A stretch of 64,000 nucleotides of DNA, taken from positions 44,020,001 to 44,084,000 of the forward strand of contig OX597815.1 of NCBI GenBank assembly GCA_951406725.2, given 5' to 3'. This stretch comes from Octopus vulgaris (taxonomy: Eukaryota). Position 1 is the first letter of the stretch. Every line of letters begins with the position of its first letter. The notes under the pieces are model-generated. The model worked only from the letters and a program-made list of their open reading frames with translations, had not been told where the DNA came from and ran no database searches. Positions 41,554 to 55,306 of the stretch are shown here, in pieces. Position numbers and translations under genes: made by a program.

Positions 41554-42138
41554 TAATTACCGTAATGTCTCGATATACGAGTTAACTTGTTTCTGGAGAC
41601 CGCTCGTAAAACGAAAACTCGCAAAACAGAGCAATAATTTTCCACAGTAGCAATGCTATAAATCGTAATTTGTTCCCAGAAAAATATTTTACATATAAAA
41701 TTTGTAATACTCATAAATAAATGCCAATAAAACAACAGTAAAATGTGAAGAATATTTTATGTAAATTGAAAATGCCAAGATCATTTATATTTTTTAAATA
41801 TTATTATTACAATCGTTTTCTGAATCACTTTCACTCGCTCTAAACTCACACACACCATCACTTGTAGACGAAATCACCGATTCACAAGCACTCGTTACGG
41901 ACTTATCGATTTTATTTTAAAAACAAGTCTAGGTTTGTTTACTTAGAAGTTGGTTTTTTTTTTTGTCGCTGACAATAAATTTCTCAGTAACACGCAGAAG
42001 TATTTGTTATGGTATTTGAAACTTTTGTACTGCGTTCAAAATTTGGATCTTGTGCTTGAAAAATTAAACTCGTAAAATAAAACTCGTAAACTCGGGGTCT
42101 CGTAAAGCGAGTCCTTGTAAAGTGAGAGATAACTGTAT
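41549..42138. mobile_element. Probable Tigger/pogo-like MITE
   Basis: TA-CAGT...ACTG-TA termini with subterminal ctcgtaaa repeats. Confidence 0.5.
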
Positions 42139-43022
42139 ATGTGTGTGTGTGTGTTTGTCTGTGTGTGTATGTATATGTACATATATATACACACACACAC
42201 ATGCAACAACTATACGCGCTGTAAGTCCTTATGACATTGACTCCATGATGTCTGATCAAATTTAATTTTTAAAAAAACATGTCATTCTTTCTGCGCTTTC
42301 GCCTCCCTAAAATATTAATTGCTGCATTGATTGTATATGGCTTAAATTAAACTGTTATGCACGACAGCTGATTCATCATCGTTTTTCAGATTTTTTTTTC
42401 AATATTTACGTACAGCCTCATTAACTGCACTTAATAAGGCTGTACAGTTAACCGACGTGCAAACTAGTCAACCACTAGTTATGTTCTGTTAACATTGCAT
42501 TTTGTTTAATTTTTTTTTTTTTTTGGTTTTTATTATACCTCATTATTTATTTTTCATCGTTTTTGTTTGGTTTGGCTTTTTTTTGCATTTATTCTGTTTC
42601 ACTTGCCACCCACATAAACCAATCAAAGATCATGACCTCATCAAATAGTTAGCATAGTGGGGGTTAATTTTAATTCGCACCTTTCCGAAACGCCTCTTTC
42701 CTGTGAATTTAACACTTGCCCTTTTCAAACCAGCATTTTGAATCAAAAATAATTGAAATAACATCATAACATCAGCATCAACAGCAACCACAACAACAAA
42801 AAAGAAGTAATAATAATAATTTCTTTTATATTAATAATGATAATACTAAAAATGCATTACCATTAATATTGCTCAACTATTACTATGATTACTATAATTT
42901 ATTCAATGGCTACATAATCATAAATCTATTGCTTTCTTTTTGTTTTTAACTGTTTCTTTCTTTATTCAATTATGAATACTGCAAAGAAATAAATACAGAA
43001 TGGACAACGACAACAACAATGG

Positions 43023-43079
<57 letters not shown>

Positions 43080-43094
43080 TGATGATGATGATGA

Positions 43095-43306
43095 TCTTTC
43101 CTACTCTAGGCACAAGACCCGAAATTTTGGGGAGGGGGCCAGTCGATTAGATCGACCCCAGTACGCAACTGGTACTTAATGTATCGATCCCAAACGAATG
43201 AAAGGCAAAGTCAACCTCGGCGGAATTTGAATTCAGACTGTAGCAACGGGCGAAATACCGCTAAGCATTGGTCCCAGCATACTAACGTTTCTGCCAGCTC
43301 GCTGCC
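43095..43306 (-). mobile_element. Family A SINE between (AAT)n tracts
   Basis: Reverse complement of the family A head and core. Confidence 0.85.
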
Positions 43307-43330
43307 CTGATAATAATAATAATAATAATC

Positions 43331-43382
<52 letters not shown>

Positions 43383-44804
43383 TAATAATAATCATTGCTC
43401 TGCAGTACAAGATAGTAGCTCTCGTGGCTTCTGATCTTAACAGATTGCAAGTGTTATCTTGTACATTTTTTTGTCTTGATGTGATAGACGGGCTACAACA
43501 AATATTCTGCTCAATACAAACAGATTTGCTTATCATCTGTTTGGCCATAACCAGTTGAGCATGTCCCTCAGAGGCTGAAGATATGTGCATCTCTGATCAT
43601 GAGCAAAATTAGCGGGGCAGCATCATAGCCATATGTTGAGATGAATTATTTGGGTGTTTCGTTCAACATCCTTAATCTTTATTCAGAGACCTTTTCAGCG
43701 GAATGGGCTATTTGAGTTGAAGAAAATTCTAACTGGGTCCCACCTGCAAGGTCATGTGCAATTTGTCTTGATATGAGGTCATCATGTTGCGCACATATGG
43801 TTGTGATATATGTGCCTGGTGTACCCTTATCAGACGGGTAGTCATGATGGGTATACTGGGCTTCATATATTTTAGCCCAGTGTCACTTTAATGGCATGCA
43901 CTGCTGGGAAAGCCTTCTTTTTTCTGTTGAGGGCTTATATGCCCTCTATTAAACTGTTAGTCATACATTGCACGGTGATCCCCATAAGCTTTAAGCTTAT
44001 ATAAAAAATACAATTATTATTATTTACAGGGTTGTAAAGCTTGGCCCCGTGATAAAAAAAAAAACTTTCGCACCGAAATAATAATAATACTAATAATAAT
44101 CCTTTCTACTATAGGCACAAGGCCTGTTGCAATGCTTTTCTTAAGCACCTCTTTTAAGATTTTAACTGTCGCCCTCTATTTTATATCTACCGATAAAATC
44201 TTGTTAAATCTTATCAATTCTGTTCTAATCGCCCTTTTCGGAGTGAGTCACCACTTGTTCTTGACGCTTGACCCGCGTCAACGCCCCCTTAACTTGTTCG
44301 CTAATCTTGTAAGCTGGGTGTGCCAGGAGAGATGAGTTCAGTTTCCAGTTACCAGGTCCCTATCTATGAAGCTTATAGATACAGCAACCGTCGTACAGAT
44401 TACAAATTTGTGAAATATATGATTTTAAATTGTGGACTGATCGTGGACGTATTGCACAGTGAGTTTCTAACTCACTGTATACCATGCCAAACAAAGAAAG
44501 AAGAGAGGGTGCGTGAAATACAATCAAATACTATGTTAACTGACCAAGTATGAGCACCGGGCTAGAACGACTGACCCATATAGAAAAGAAAATTATAATC
44601 CTGGATCTTATATATGTATCACCCTAAAACCTCACTACAAACCAGATGCAGCGGAATCGCGTCAGTAAACAGTTAGCAATTGGTGCAACAGAAATTTAGA
44701 TACCAAATAATAAATGTTTAAATGATGTCAACAGTTTTTGTGTGTTTTGAATGGCTAAAGTGTGTCTTCCATATAGTAACTGTTTTATTTTCTTAAGGTT
44801 ATTC

Positions 44805-45330
44805 TTTTCTACTATAGGCACAAGACCCGAAATTTGAGCGGGGATGGGGCAGTCGATTAGATCGACCCCAGTACGCGACTGGTACTTAATTTATTGACCC
44901 CGAAAGGATGAAAGGCAAAGTCGACCTCTGCGTAATTTGAACTCAGAATGTAGCGGTTACTTCTACAGATATTCTATTGAAATTATAGCCAGCACAGATT
45001 TTTGCTGCAACGTTTCGTCTACGAGTCGTCAGATGTAAACTAACAATGAAATCAACGATGAAAAATGGGTAATTGGCGTATATGCCATATTTATTTCAGT
45101 TTCAACACACGGTCTCATTATTATTATTCTTATTATTACTGGGCGGTGAGCTGGCAGAATCGTTAGCACAGCGGGCGAAATGTTTAGCGACATTTCGGCC
45201 GTCGCTACGTTCTGAGTTTAAATTCCGCCAAGGTCGACTTTGCTTTTCATCCTTTCAGGGTTGATAAATTAAGTACCAGCGAAACACTGAGGTCGATGTT
45301 ATCGCCTTACCCCCTCCCCCAAAATCTAAC
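44805..45330. mobile_element. Two family A SINEs, divergent (- strand 44805-44960; + strand 45142-45330)
   Basis: Family A core on both strands. Confidence 0.8.
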
Positions 45331-45799
45331 AGACGCCACCAAGGTGGTATGAATCAGCCAAGCATTACCTGCTAGAAATAGCGACTAAAATCAGATTCCA
45401 ATGCTGGATGTTCAAGAACCACATGAAGAGCAGATTTTCAATCCTGCAATTATCTTGATTCCAAAAAGGTATAATATGCCTATGTAGAACAAATGTAGGC
45501 TTTTGATTGATTGACTCCCGTCCAGTTTTTCAACACAAAGGATGAAGGCTTTATTGTGGGGACTAATGCGCATACCCGAGTGACTGAGGCTCAATATTCT
45601 AAGAATACCATAATTTAGTTATTGCGAACTGCGATAGACACATGTTACTCGGCACAAAGCAGATATGTACACTTTCACTGCAGCTCTTTGCTCGACTACA
45701 CTGGGTGAATCACGGGTAGGAACACAGAATTGATTTCAGTGCCTACCTCACCGACCTGCCATAACCTTCGTGTTGCGAAAGCCTGATAGCAATTGTGGA

Positions 45800-46130
45800 A
45801 ATACAAGAAGCGATTGTTAAATTACCTGGTTTGGATGGCCTTCCCAATGAGCTTTGCTTGTAGATATCAGCTTTATTTGGAGACCTCTCGCCAGAACTGG
45901 AGAATTCGTAGTTCTGTGAGTCGATAAGTGGTGGCGCTGCTGAGAAGGGATCCAGACAAGAGGGATTACATCTATATTTTTCGGCTCTTAGCTCTGTTTA
46001 TTGCAGATTTCCAAATTTTGGCCAAGATTTTAGCCGAGATGCTGAAGCTTGTCGTCGTTAGTCTGATTGCTGTGCATATGCACGCATGCGCCATCCTGAA
46101 GAAATGTATCCTGAAGAAATGTATCCCAGA
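45800..46130 (+). mobile_element. Highly decayed Tx1/L1-type RT N-terminal fragment
   Basis: PGLDGLPNE and VALLRRDPDKRDYIYIFRLLALFIADFQILAKILAEMLKLVV resemble the PGxDG and RPIxLLNxDxKILAK motifs. Confidence 0.7.
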
Positions 46131-46157
46131 GGAAACCGCATGAGAAATAGCTTTATA

Positions 46158-46530
46158 ATTAATTGGTTGGCATCCTTTCTGTCTCGGGAGACAATGGAGT
46201 TGCGCATAAAGTAGTCTAGTCCGGCTTTTATATTTCATGTCCTGATACATTTCCTGCTGTGGCTGTGTAGTCCTATCCTGGACAAACACTCCCTCTGGCA
46301 GGTACCGCAAATGTAGCGAAGACTGTTCCTGGCTGGTTGTAATGCCATAGTCTCTTGTTGACGTCTCTTCTTTTCTTTCCATTTCTCCTCTCTCTCTCTC
46401 TGTCACTCCTTTGTATTCCCTCTTTTACGGTACGTCGCCATTCTCCACGGTTGCCGGCAACTGCCACCCAACCGCTAATATTGATGTTGCAGGCCTTCAT
46501 GTCCCTTTTGCAAACATCCTTGTAACGTAA
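46158..46530 (-). mobile_element. RTE-clade LINE 3' end
   Basis: LRYKDVCKRDMKACNINISGWVAVAGNRGEWRRTVKEG, then (frameshift) YICGTCQRECLSRIGLHSHSRKC; 3' UTR ccattgtctcccgagacagaaaggatgcc. Confidence 0.85.
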
Positions 46531-46559
46531 GATTAATAATTATATGAAAAATTATATCA

Positions 46560-46693
<134 letters not shown>

Positions 46694-47259
46694 GAAGATG
46701 ATCATGATCATCATGATTACGGAGATAATAACAATGATAGTTGTTTTAATAGCAACAATTAGGTTTAAACGTATTATAGTAATTACTTTATTTGAAAATC
46801 CTCCAATAAAAATACAGAAAAAAAATTTTAAATTCATGATCTAAGTTTTTTAACATGTCAAACTGCAGGGCTTATTGTTTTATAGTTAACAATGAGTAAA
46901 ATTTTACCTCCGGCCTTACTTTACTATCAATCGGATATTAAAGTCCTTTACAATAAACTTCTATTATTCAACAAAGTCTACCTTCCTAATCCTTATAATT
47001 AAAACCTGCGTTTTTCTTTTTTCCGGTGTGAAACGACAATTTAGAGCATGTACTTTTTTTATTGCTATTGTTAGTATTATTTAAGTTTTTTGTTTTGTTA
47101 AATGTTTGTTTCCCGTAACATATAGTTCTTATGTATGTTTATATACAATACTTAACATAACAATTTATGTTCTGTGTATAATATATCTAATCACACGTTC
47201 CATTCTCTTGCACACATACATAAGTACATACATACACACATACATATGTATGTGCATAT

Positions 47260-47382
<123 letters not shown>

Positions 47383-47403
47383 TGTAGATAGATAGAGAGA
47401 GAG

Positions 47404-47478
<75 letters not shown>

Positions 47479-47495
47479 GATAGAAGAGAGAGTAG

Positions 47496-47544
<49 letters not shown>

Positions 47545-47564
47545 TAGATAGATAGAGAGATATG

Positions 47565-47610
<46 letters not shown>

Positions 47611-47623
47611 CATATATATACAT

Positions 47624-47659
<36 letters not shown>

Positions 47660-47662
<3 letters not shown>

Positions 47663-48370
47663 TGATCGCGCTTGGGTCATGCCAGAGGCGTTATCGTGCG
47701 TATACCTGACCAGGTCCACCAGTACTCCCCATCGCCGGTACTCCTGTACCAGCTCCTTTCCATCTTCCAAGATGACATCGGGCCTCCGTGAGATTTTCCT
47801 TAATCACGTCCAGCCATCTGGTGCGGGGCCTGCCACGGGACTTCTTCCAGCCTGTAGCTGCTGCGTCGAACAAAAATAAGACCTTGGTAAAAGGATCTGT
47901 CGGGAGGCAGAGGACATGTCCGTACCAACGCACACGGCGGATACCTATGAGGTGGGAGTCTGCAGGCTGATGCCTGCGTGCATGTAGCTCTTCGTAGGAA
48001 ATGTGATGCTACAATTTGATGTTCTCGAAGCCATCGATCCTCTTTACCAGGGACTTCGTGAGGGGGCATGTCTCTGCTACATAGAGGAAAGCAGAGAGGA
48101 CCGACGCGTTGTAGATGCGGAGCTTCGCCCTCCGGAAGATAGAGCAATAGTGCTAAAGGGGCTTTTTATTGGGAGCACATAAACTCGGCCGCCAGACCAC
48201 CTCTGTGGTTGATCTCCGGGATCAGGTCTTTGTTGTCGATGACTGTGGAGCCCAGGTAGGTGAAGGAGCTGACAAACACTACGATGTCAGAGCCAATATA
48301 GAGGTGGGGAGGGTCCGGGCCATCGTCGACATGCATCATTTTGGTCTTTTGGAGTATCATTCTTGAACGT
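47660..48370 (-). mobile_element. Decayed RTE-like LINE, RT thumb and C-terminal region
   Basis: KTKMM...VSSFTYLGSTV...EINHR and RWYGHVLCLP...[21 protein letters not shown]. Confidence 0.85.
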
Positions 48371-49015
48371 TTTTTTTCTAGCAGCCTCGAACGCATAATA
48401 TGCTATTTACTGTTATGTACGTGACGGAACAATTTTTTCCATCAGAAACACCCGAGTTTCGACAAATGTCATGTCAGCCAGGAGTGACCCCAAACCTTTG
48501 AACCTAAACAAGAGCTTGCGTCCCCTACAGCACACGTTTTAGGATTGTTCTAGCTGACATACAGTATACGTGACCAAGCAATAGAGACGTCGTAGCTTAA
48601 ACAAGAGGGTTTGAGCCAAGACCTCATTGTTGGTAACTCTATCAGTCAACAACTCAATGAGCAGATTGCAGAATTCGAAGGATTCGAGACACAAGTTAAA
48701 CGGCCAGAAGTTTGGCATCTTACAAATATATGCGTACACAGTTAATCTAATGCCGGGTGAATTTCGTTGTTTTCTTTCTCTGCCTACGTGATATGTTTTT
48801 GAGCATATATTGTCAGGGAGTTGTTTCTTATAGTAGAAGAAATAGCTTTTTTTTGGCTGCTATTTCTAAAGTTCGGTGTGTGGTGAAGCAAATTATTTTG
48901 CCTAACCCTTATTATAATAAATATTGTTTAAATTTACCGATAACGGTCTTTTACATACCGAATCACTACTTGGTGGAATTATTAATTATTAATTGATTAA
49001 TTAATTTTACCCTTT

Positions 49016-49107
<92 letters not shown>

Positions 49108-49608
49108 CAGGGTTTCTAAATACAGTGAACTCTCGCTTATCACCGTTTTTGATGCCACAGTTCTTGAATTAGCATGTTTATAAATTAGATAGCAGTTTCT
49201 GAAAAGCATATTACATATACAGTATCAAAATACTGTTATTACTAATCAATTCTACTGTAGACGCAAGGCTTGAAAATTGGTGAGAGGGGAAGATAATAAT
49301 TTACATTGGCTCCAGAGCGCAACTAGTACGTATTTCATTGATCCCCGGAAGGATAAAGGCGGGATTTGAATTCAGAACATAAAGCCAGAAGAAATGCCGC
49401 TAAGCATTTCGACCGGCGTGCTAAAGATTCTACCAGTTCACCGCCTTATATTGTTACTAATAATATTGAGGATGAAACAAGGAATCAGAGCTGATGACAA
49501 ACTTATACAAGGGGGGGAGCATTATCCGGAGCTACAAATAATATCGGGTTACACGCACACATATGTATATCTTATTCAGCTGATCAACTTCCCTATCGGT
49601 CATAGTAG

Positions 49609-49684
<76 letters not shown>

Positions 49685-50206
49685 TCAGTATATTACAAAA
49701 GATATCCTAATTCCCGAGAAAAACCAAAACACGTCCTTTTTTGACTTGCATAAAAAGTTAGTAAAATCTTTTGCAAAATAAGACAACAATCTCAGCCATA
49801 TGTTTTAGGTATGATATCTGTAAGTCGTCAGTTTTGTTAAGGATAAGTAAAATGTATTTAAAAATCGATAATTTGGGGGGGAACAAGGAATTTCCTATCT
49901 CTGGAATGCAATAGCACTGAAAAGATACGCGTTTTAGTTATTTGAAACTTAAATCATTAGAGGATCCTTTTAAGTTCTATTTTGATGGCGGCACTGCATC
50001 AAAGTTAGTTTCCTCCTCAACATTAGGGAAAGTATGTACTTGCCAAGAAATCGCAGGTTCATATTCCATCAGAGACATCTTGTTTTTTGTTTTTTTTGTC
50101 TGATACTTAATTTTGAAATGACCGTTCAAAATACCTCTAAATTGTTACTACAATAAAGGACTCTGTATAATAGAATTTAATTTACATATATTTATATATA
50201 TACATA

Positions 50207-50288
<82 letters not shown>

Positions 50289-50434
50289 GGACTGAACACG
50301 AAAAAGTGGACAGTCAACATGCTAGATATAGACGTCAAATCGCCATTCTCCACAAAAAGTCTATGTTCTCAGATCAAACTCAACACAAAACCAAAACAAT
50401 AAACAAGTGAAAAATATACGAAATAAATATTTAC

Positions 50435-50500
50435 CCATGTACTAAATTCAGTTTCGGCTGTTATTTTCCGCAAGGAAAAGTGCAGCCATCATCAACATGG
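50435..50500 (-). ncRNA. Type I hammerhead ribozyme, C3U variant copy
   Basis: Minus strand ccatg-TTGATGA-t-GGCTG...CAGCC-GAAAC-tgaattta-GTA-catgg. Confidence 0.75.
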
Positions 50501-51101
50501 TCCCATATAAAATGTAATTTGCTGTACTAAATGCCAACACGATACCGAAATATCGCGTGCATGGAGTACGGCCTATTACATTTGAAATATATATTTCAAA
50601 TGTCTCTAATTTTGGCGCGATGAGACCCGAGAAAACTAGCCTGCAGCTAATAGTTAGCAGCAGTTAATTTATCGGTTAGAGAACAAATATTTATATAACA
50701 TTAAATTTAGGGTAAAAATTGATATTTATCAATTAGAACCAGTGGTCTAGCATATTAAAGAAAGAATCCGAAGATTAAAATATACAATTAAGGACTGTCA
50801 CTTGTGTCAGTCCTTAATTGTATATTTAATCTTCGGATTCTTTCTTTAATATGCTAGACCACTGGTTCTAATTGATAAATATCAATTTTTACCCTAAATT
50901 CAATTTTATATAAATATTTGTTCTCTAACCGATAAATTAACTGCTGCTAACTATTAGCTGCAGGCTAGTTTTCTCGGGTCTCATCGCGCCAAAATAGAGA
51001 CATTTGAAATATATATTTCAAATGTAATAGGCCGTACTCCATGCACGCGTATTTCGGTATCGTGTTGGCATTTAGTACAGCAAATTACATTTTATATGGG
51101 A

Positions 51102-51167
51102 CCATGCTGATGATGGCTGCACTTTTCCTTGCGGAAAATAACAGCCGAAACTAAATTTAGTACATGG
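51102..51167 (+). ncRNA. Canonical type I hammerhead ribozyme (GUA cleavage after 51162)
   Basis: Stem I ccatg/catgg; core CTGATGA 51107-51113; stem II GGCTG/CAGCC extended by ttttcc/ggaaaa; GAAAC 51147-51151; palindromic stem III actaaatttagt. Confidence 0.9.
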
Positions 51168-51435
51168 GTAAATATTTATTTCGTATATTTTTCACTTGTT
51201 TATTGTTTTGGTTTTGTGTTGAGTTTGATCTGAGAACATAGACTTTTTGTGGAGAATGGCGATTTGACGTCTATATCTAGCATGTTGACTGTCCACTTTT
51301 CGTGTTCAGTCCTTAATTGGTATATATAAATATTTTAATCTTCGGATTCTTTCTTTAATATGCTAGACCACTGGTTCTAATTGATAAATATCAATTTTTT
51401 ACCCTAAATTTAATGTTATATATATATATATATAT

Positions 51436-52083
51436 GGCGATTTTTTTTCCTCTGTCTTCCCATCTCTGGATCTTTCCTTCTCCTATGTTTCCGACGAAGA
51501 GCTCCGCTCGAAACGTTAATCCCTCCTTCTTCCCTTCCTTCCTGAGCGTCCAATAATACTATATTTGTTCCACGTCCACGCGTTGTTGTGTTTTCATGTT
51601 TGGATTAACTTTATATACCGCACGCTCACACAGACCCCGGCCTTCCGACTGCCTTGGATAACCAATTCCTGGATTTTTACACACACGGATTACTCTTACT
51701 ATTCCTCCGGTGTACGCCACTGTAATCGTGATTGGAAATCAAAAACATTTGTCCGTGACTCTTCCACTTTTTCCTCGTCCTCTTTTTACCTTTGTTCTTC
51801 TACTTCCACTTTTCCACTTGTGTCGCCACCACTGCATTTCCTTCCGGTCATTCAAAATGTGACCGCGTGTGTACCGTTGGCGATTTTTTTTCCTCTGTCT
51901 TCCCTTCTCTGGATCTTTCCTTCTCTGGATCTTTCCTTCTCCTATGTTTCCGACGAAGAGCTCCGCTCGAAATGTTATACCATCCTTCTTCTCTTCCTTC
52001 CTGAGCGTCCAATAATACTATATTTGTTCCACGTCCTCGAGTTGTTGTGTTTTCTCTTTGTGTTTTCATGTTTGGATTAACTT

Positions 52084-52085
<2 letters not shown>
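51436..52085 (+). mobile_element. Penelope-like terminal repeat in partial tandem (51436-51615, 51880-52085) with hammerhead-like CCGACGA core
   Basis: Direct repeats; ttt-CCGACGA-a-GAGC tcc GCTC-GAAAC-GTT. A third fragment lies at 39225-39305. Confidence 0.7.
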
Positions 52086-52126
<41 letters not shown>

Positions 52127-53002
52127 ATGACCGGCTTCTTTCAGTTTCCATCTACCAAATCCTCTCACAAGGCATTGGTCGGCCCGAGGCTATAGTAGAA
52201 GACACCTGCCCAAGTTGCCACGCAGTGGGACTGAACCCGGAACCATGTAGTTGGTAAGCAAGCTACTTACCACACAGCCTCTCTCCTGCGCTTGTGTATA
52301 TAAAATTTCATTAAAAAAAAAGTATCTATTTTTTATACTATGAGAAAACATAATCAGCGACTTTAATTAATTTTTCTGCTCATTATAGCAAGTATGAGAC
52401 GGCCTACATTACTAATAAAATTTCGTTCCAAACGGGTCCTCTTTCTATTCATCCCAGTTAGTCTTAATTTAGTTAGTTGTTGATATAGATTTCAAAATGA
52501 ATTTCGGAAAACGTTCATTGACACTAATAAATATTTGTATTTACTATGGCAAAATTTCAATTGGCAGGCGTCTAAGTCTTCAAGCTTGTGTGGGTGTGTT
52601 TGTGTATGATGTATGCATGTATATGTATGGATTATGTATGTATGTATGGTGTATGCATGTGTGTATGCATATTTGTATGTGTGTATGTACGCACGTATAC
52701 ATCTATTTATGTATGTATGTATGTATGTATGTAATTGAGTATGTAATTCTGTTTGTATTATATGTGCGCGTGTATGATGTATGTGTGTGTGTGTATGCAT
52801 ATTTGTATGGGTGTATGTATGTATGCACGTATACATCTATTTATGTATGTATGTATGTATGTATGAATGTATGTATGTAATTGAGTATGTGATTCTGTTT
52901 GTATTATGCGTGTGCGTGTGTGTGTGTCGAAGAGAGACACATACAGTGCGATAGACAAATAGTAAGAGGGTGGGAGGGAGACAGAAAGAAAGAAAGAAAG
53001 GG

Positions 53003-53053
<51 letters not shown>

Positions 53054-53554
53054 GAACGAGACAGTGAAGGTGAAAGAGAGAATGAGGAAAAGGATGACGA
53101 AAAGAACTGGAGAAAAAAGCGGCAATACTGTAAAAGGGTTTAAAAGCTGGAGGAGATGATAGAGATACGACAGAAAGAAAAACAGTTAAAATGCCAACAA
53201 ATAAACAAGAAATATATATAGTGTCGGAGTGACTATGAGAGAAAAACCTTCAGCTAGCCAGTCAGTCTGTCAGCCTATCAGGCAAGTTGTCACCCAGTCT
53301 GCAGGACAAATAAACGAAATACAATGTGAAAGACACATTTACTAAAGATGAGTGAATACCAGACACCGTAGCCAAAGAGTGTTTCTAAAACGGTGGATAC
53401 ATATATAGATAGATATAAAGATGTGTGAGTCAGTGTGTGCGTGCGCGCGAGCGTCTATGTATGTATGTATGTATGTATGTATGTATGTATGTATGTATGT
53501 ATGTATGTATGTATGTATGAATATGTGTATATATACAAATCCTTAAATCCTTAA

Positions 53555-54012
53555 AAATGTTTCAGCTCGAAAACTGCGGCCATGCTGGGGCACCACCGTT
53601 GAATGAGCTACACTAGTATGTGAAACCACCTCTGATACCTGGCACTTGCTCAACAAGGGAGTTCGACGCCGCTGCCCGCATATGTGTTTCCAGCCGAGTG
53701 GTAGGTTAATCTGGAACCCCTGACAAGAAGAGATCCAGTTTAGTTTTAAAGAAACCCACATCCACACCATGCAGGTCTCTCAGGCATTTAGGAATGATAT
53801 TGAAGAGCTGTGGTCCCCTGAAACCCAAGCTGTTGCAGTATCTGGTCCTGTATTTTGATGGTGATGTTAGGATATTTGGCACCATGCAGTGGCGCCCCGT
53901 TCTGCTGTTAGGGTAACTTTCAATGCCAAAATTCGGGACAAGACCCTCCAGGATTTTCCAGATGTATATCACTGCATATCTCTCCCGCCTTCGCTCCAGG
54001 GAGAAGAGTTTT
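53555..54012 (-). mobile_element. CR1/L2-group LINE 3' end (ORF2 C-terminus plus 3' UTR)
   Basis: LFSLERRRERYAVIYIWKILEGLVPNFGI...NSLGFRGPQLFNIIPKCLRDLHGVDVGFFKTKLDLFLSGVPD. Confidence 0.85.
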
Positions 54013-55219
54013 GATACATTTATATGTATATATAAATTTATGTATGTATGAAAATGTGTGTGTGTATATATATATATAAGATTAGTGTAAAATATGATTG
54101 TTCCATAACTTAAATATTCCTTTAGCTGATACTAGACATTAGTATTTTATTGATATTAGCTAAATAAGCAAATATATAATTTTTAGTCTAATATATTTGA
54201 ATTATTATACTTTTTCTAAAAAAATATTCTCTATTGGTGCTAATAAGCTACATATACTTTACCATAGTATTAGTAATTAAGCTATTTTATTTCCTTTTCT
54301 ATGGTGTTCTGCCCTACTTGATTATTTTATTTTATTTCTTTATTATTTTATAATTAGCCTTTATTTATTTATAAAATTAACCTAATTTTTGTATCTCTAT
54401 AAATTCATACTTAGCTTATATAAAACTATATTGGTATATTTACTACTTATAAAAAAACTGCTTAGATTACAATTTTATTAATATATAATTAGCATGTTCC
54501 TTTACCTCAATGCTCCTTTATTAATACCAGTATATACCAATTAATCAATATTCACAGATACCATCTGATGAGTTGGTATTTAAGTGTACAATATGTATAA
54601 ATATTAAACTATTTCTGGATAATTTCTTTTCCTCCCTCTATTGCAAAAGTTTGGTACATACTCAAAAGTATTCATAAATTTCTATCCTTTTATTATAATA
54701 TTCTTCTTAATAATCCTCTGAATAACCCTAAACTTTAACTGTATACAATATAGCAACATTGCTTAAAATATTTAACTATAGTACTACATACGACTTCCAC
54801 TGTTTCATTATCAATGGTCTGCTAGTGGGCGATCCCCTTAATTGTCAGTTAACATCTTTTAAGTTTTCCTTTACCAAACCTCATGATATTGCTTCTAATA
54901 AATCTTGAATTTTATAACTATACCAACTATGATGTCTGTCTGCTCCCTCAGCCCTACCCCTGTTCTCTCAGCCTTAGATATACAAGGGTTTTGATAAACT
55001 AGTCTATAAATTAAAACTGACCCCATAAAAACAAAAACAAAAAAAATCAGTGACGGGCAGAGTCTGTAACAATGTATATCTTCTTGAAAAGCTTAGTAAC
55101 TTCTATGCTGGAATAAGAACAGTATGTTCTTTGTCTATCTCATTAACTTCTTGGAGATTTTAGGTATAATTATACTAATGTGTCCATCTGTTCTAATTTA
55201 ATTAAATTCTATGTCTTTG

Positions 55220-55306
55220 TGCAGCTGAAGATTGCTCTGCATTTTAAATTGATGTAATGACTGCATTGTTCAATTAAATGGAGTTAAATGAAACGATCGT
55301 ACTGCA
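55220..55306 (+). ncRNA. Canonical type I hammerhead ribozyme with long stem II (GUA cleavage after 55301)
   Basis: Stem I tgcag/ctgca; CTGAAGA 55225-55231; GAAAC 55290-55294; palindromic stem III acgatcgt; stem II cattttaaattga/tcaattaaatg with ctc/gag. Confidence 0.8.

Larger units (their letters stand above)
50284..51420. mobile_element. ~1-kb near-perfect palindrome of a ~500-bp hammerhead-bearing non-coding unit, plus partial tandem extension
   Basis: 50284-50801 is inverted against 50804-51317; 51332-51420 repeats 50824-50910; flanked by (TA)n. Confidence 0.92.

Noticed and set aside
43395-43905. CTGAAGA motif in a repeat-like block after (AAT)n
   Set aside because: No stem II plus GAAAC partner found; the family could not be assigned.
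48590-48745. Short open frame KQEGLSQDLIVGNSISQQLNEQIAEFEGFETQVKRPEVWHL
   Set aside because: No recognisable family and no convincing splice sites.
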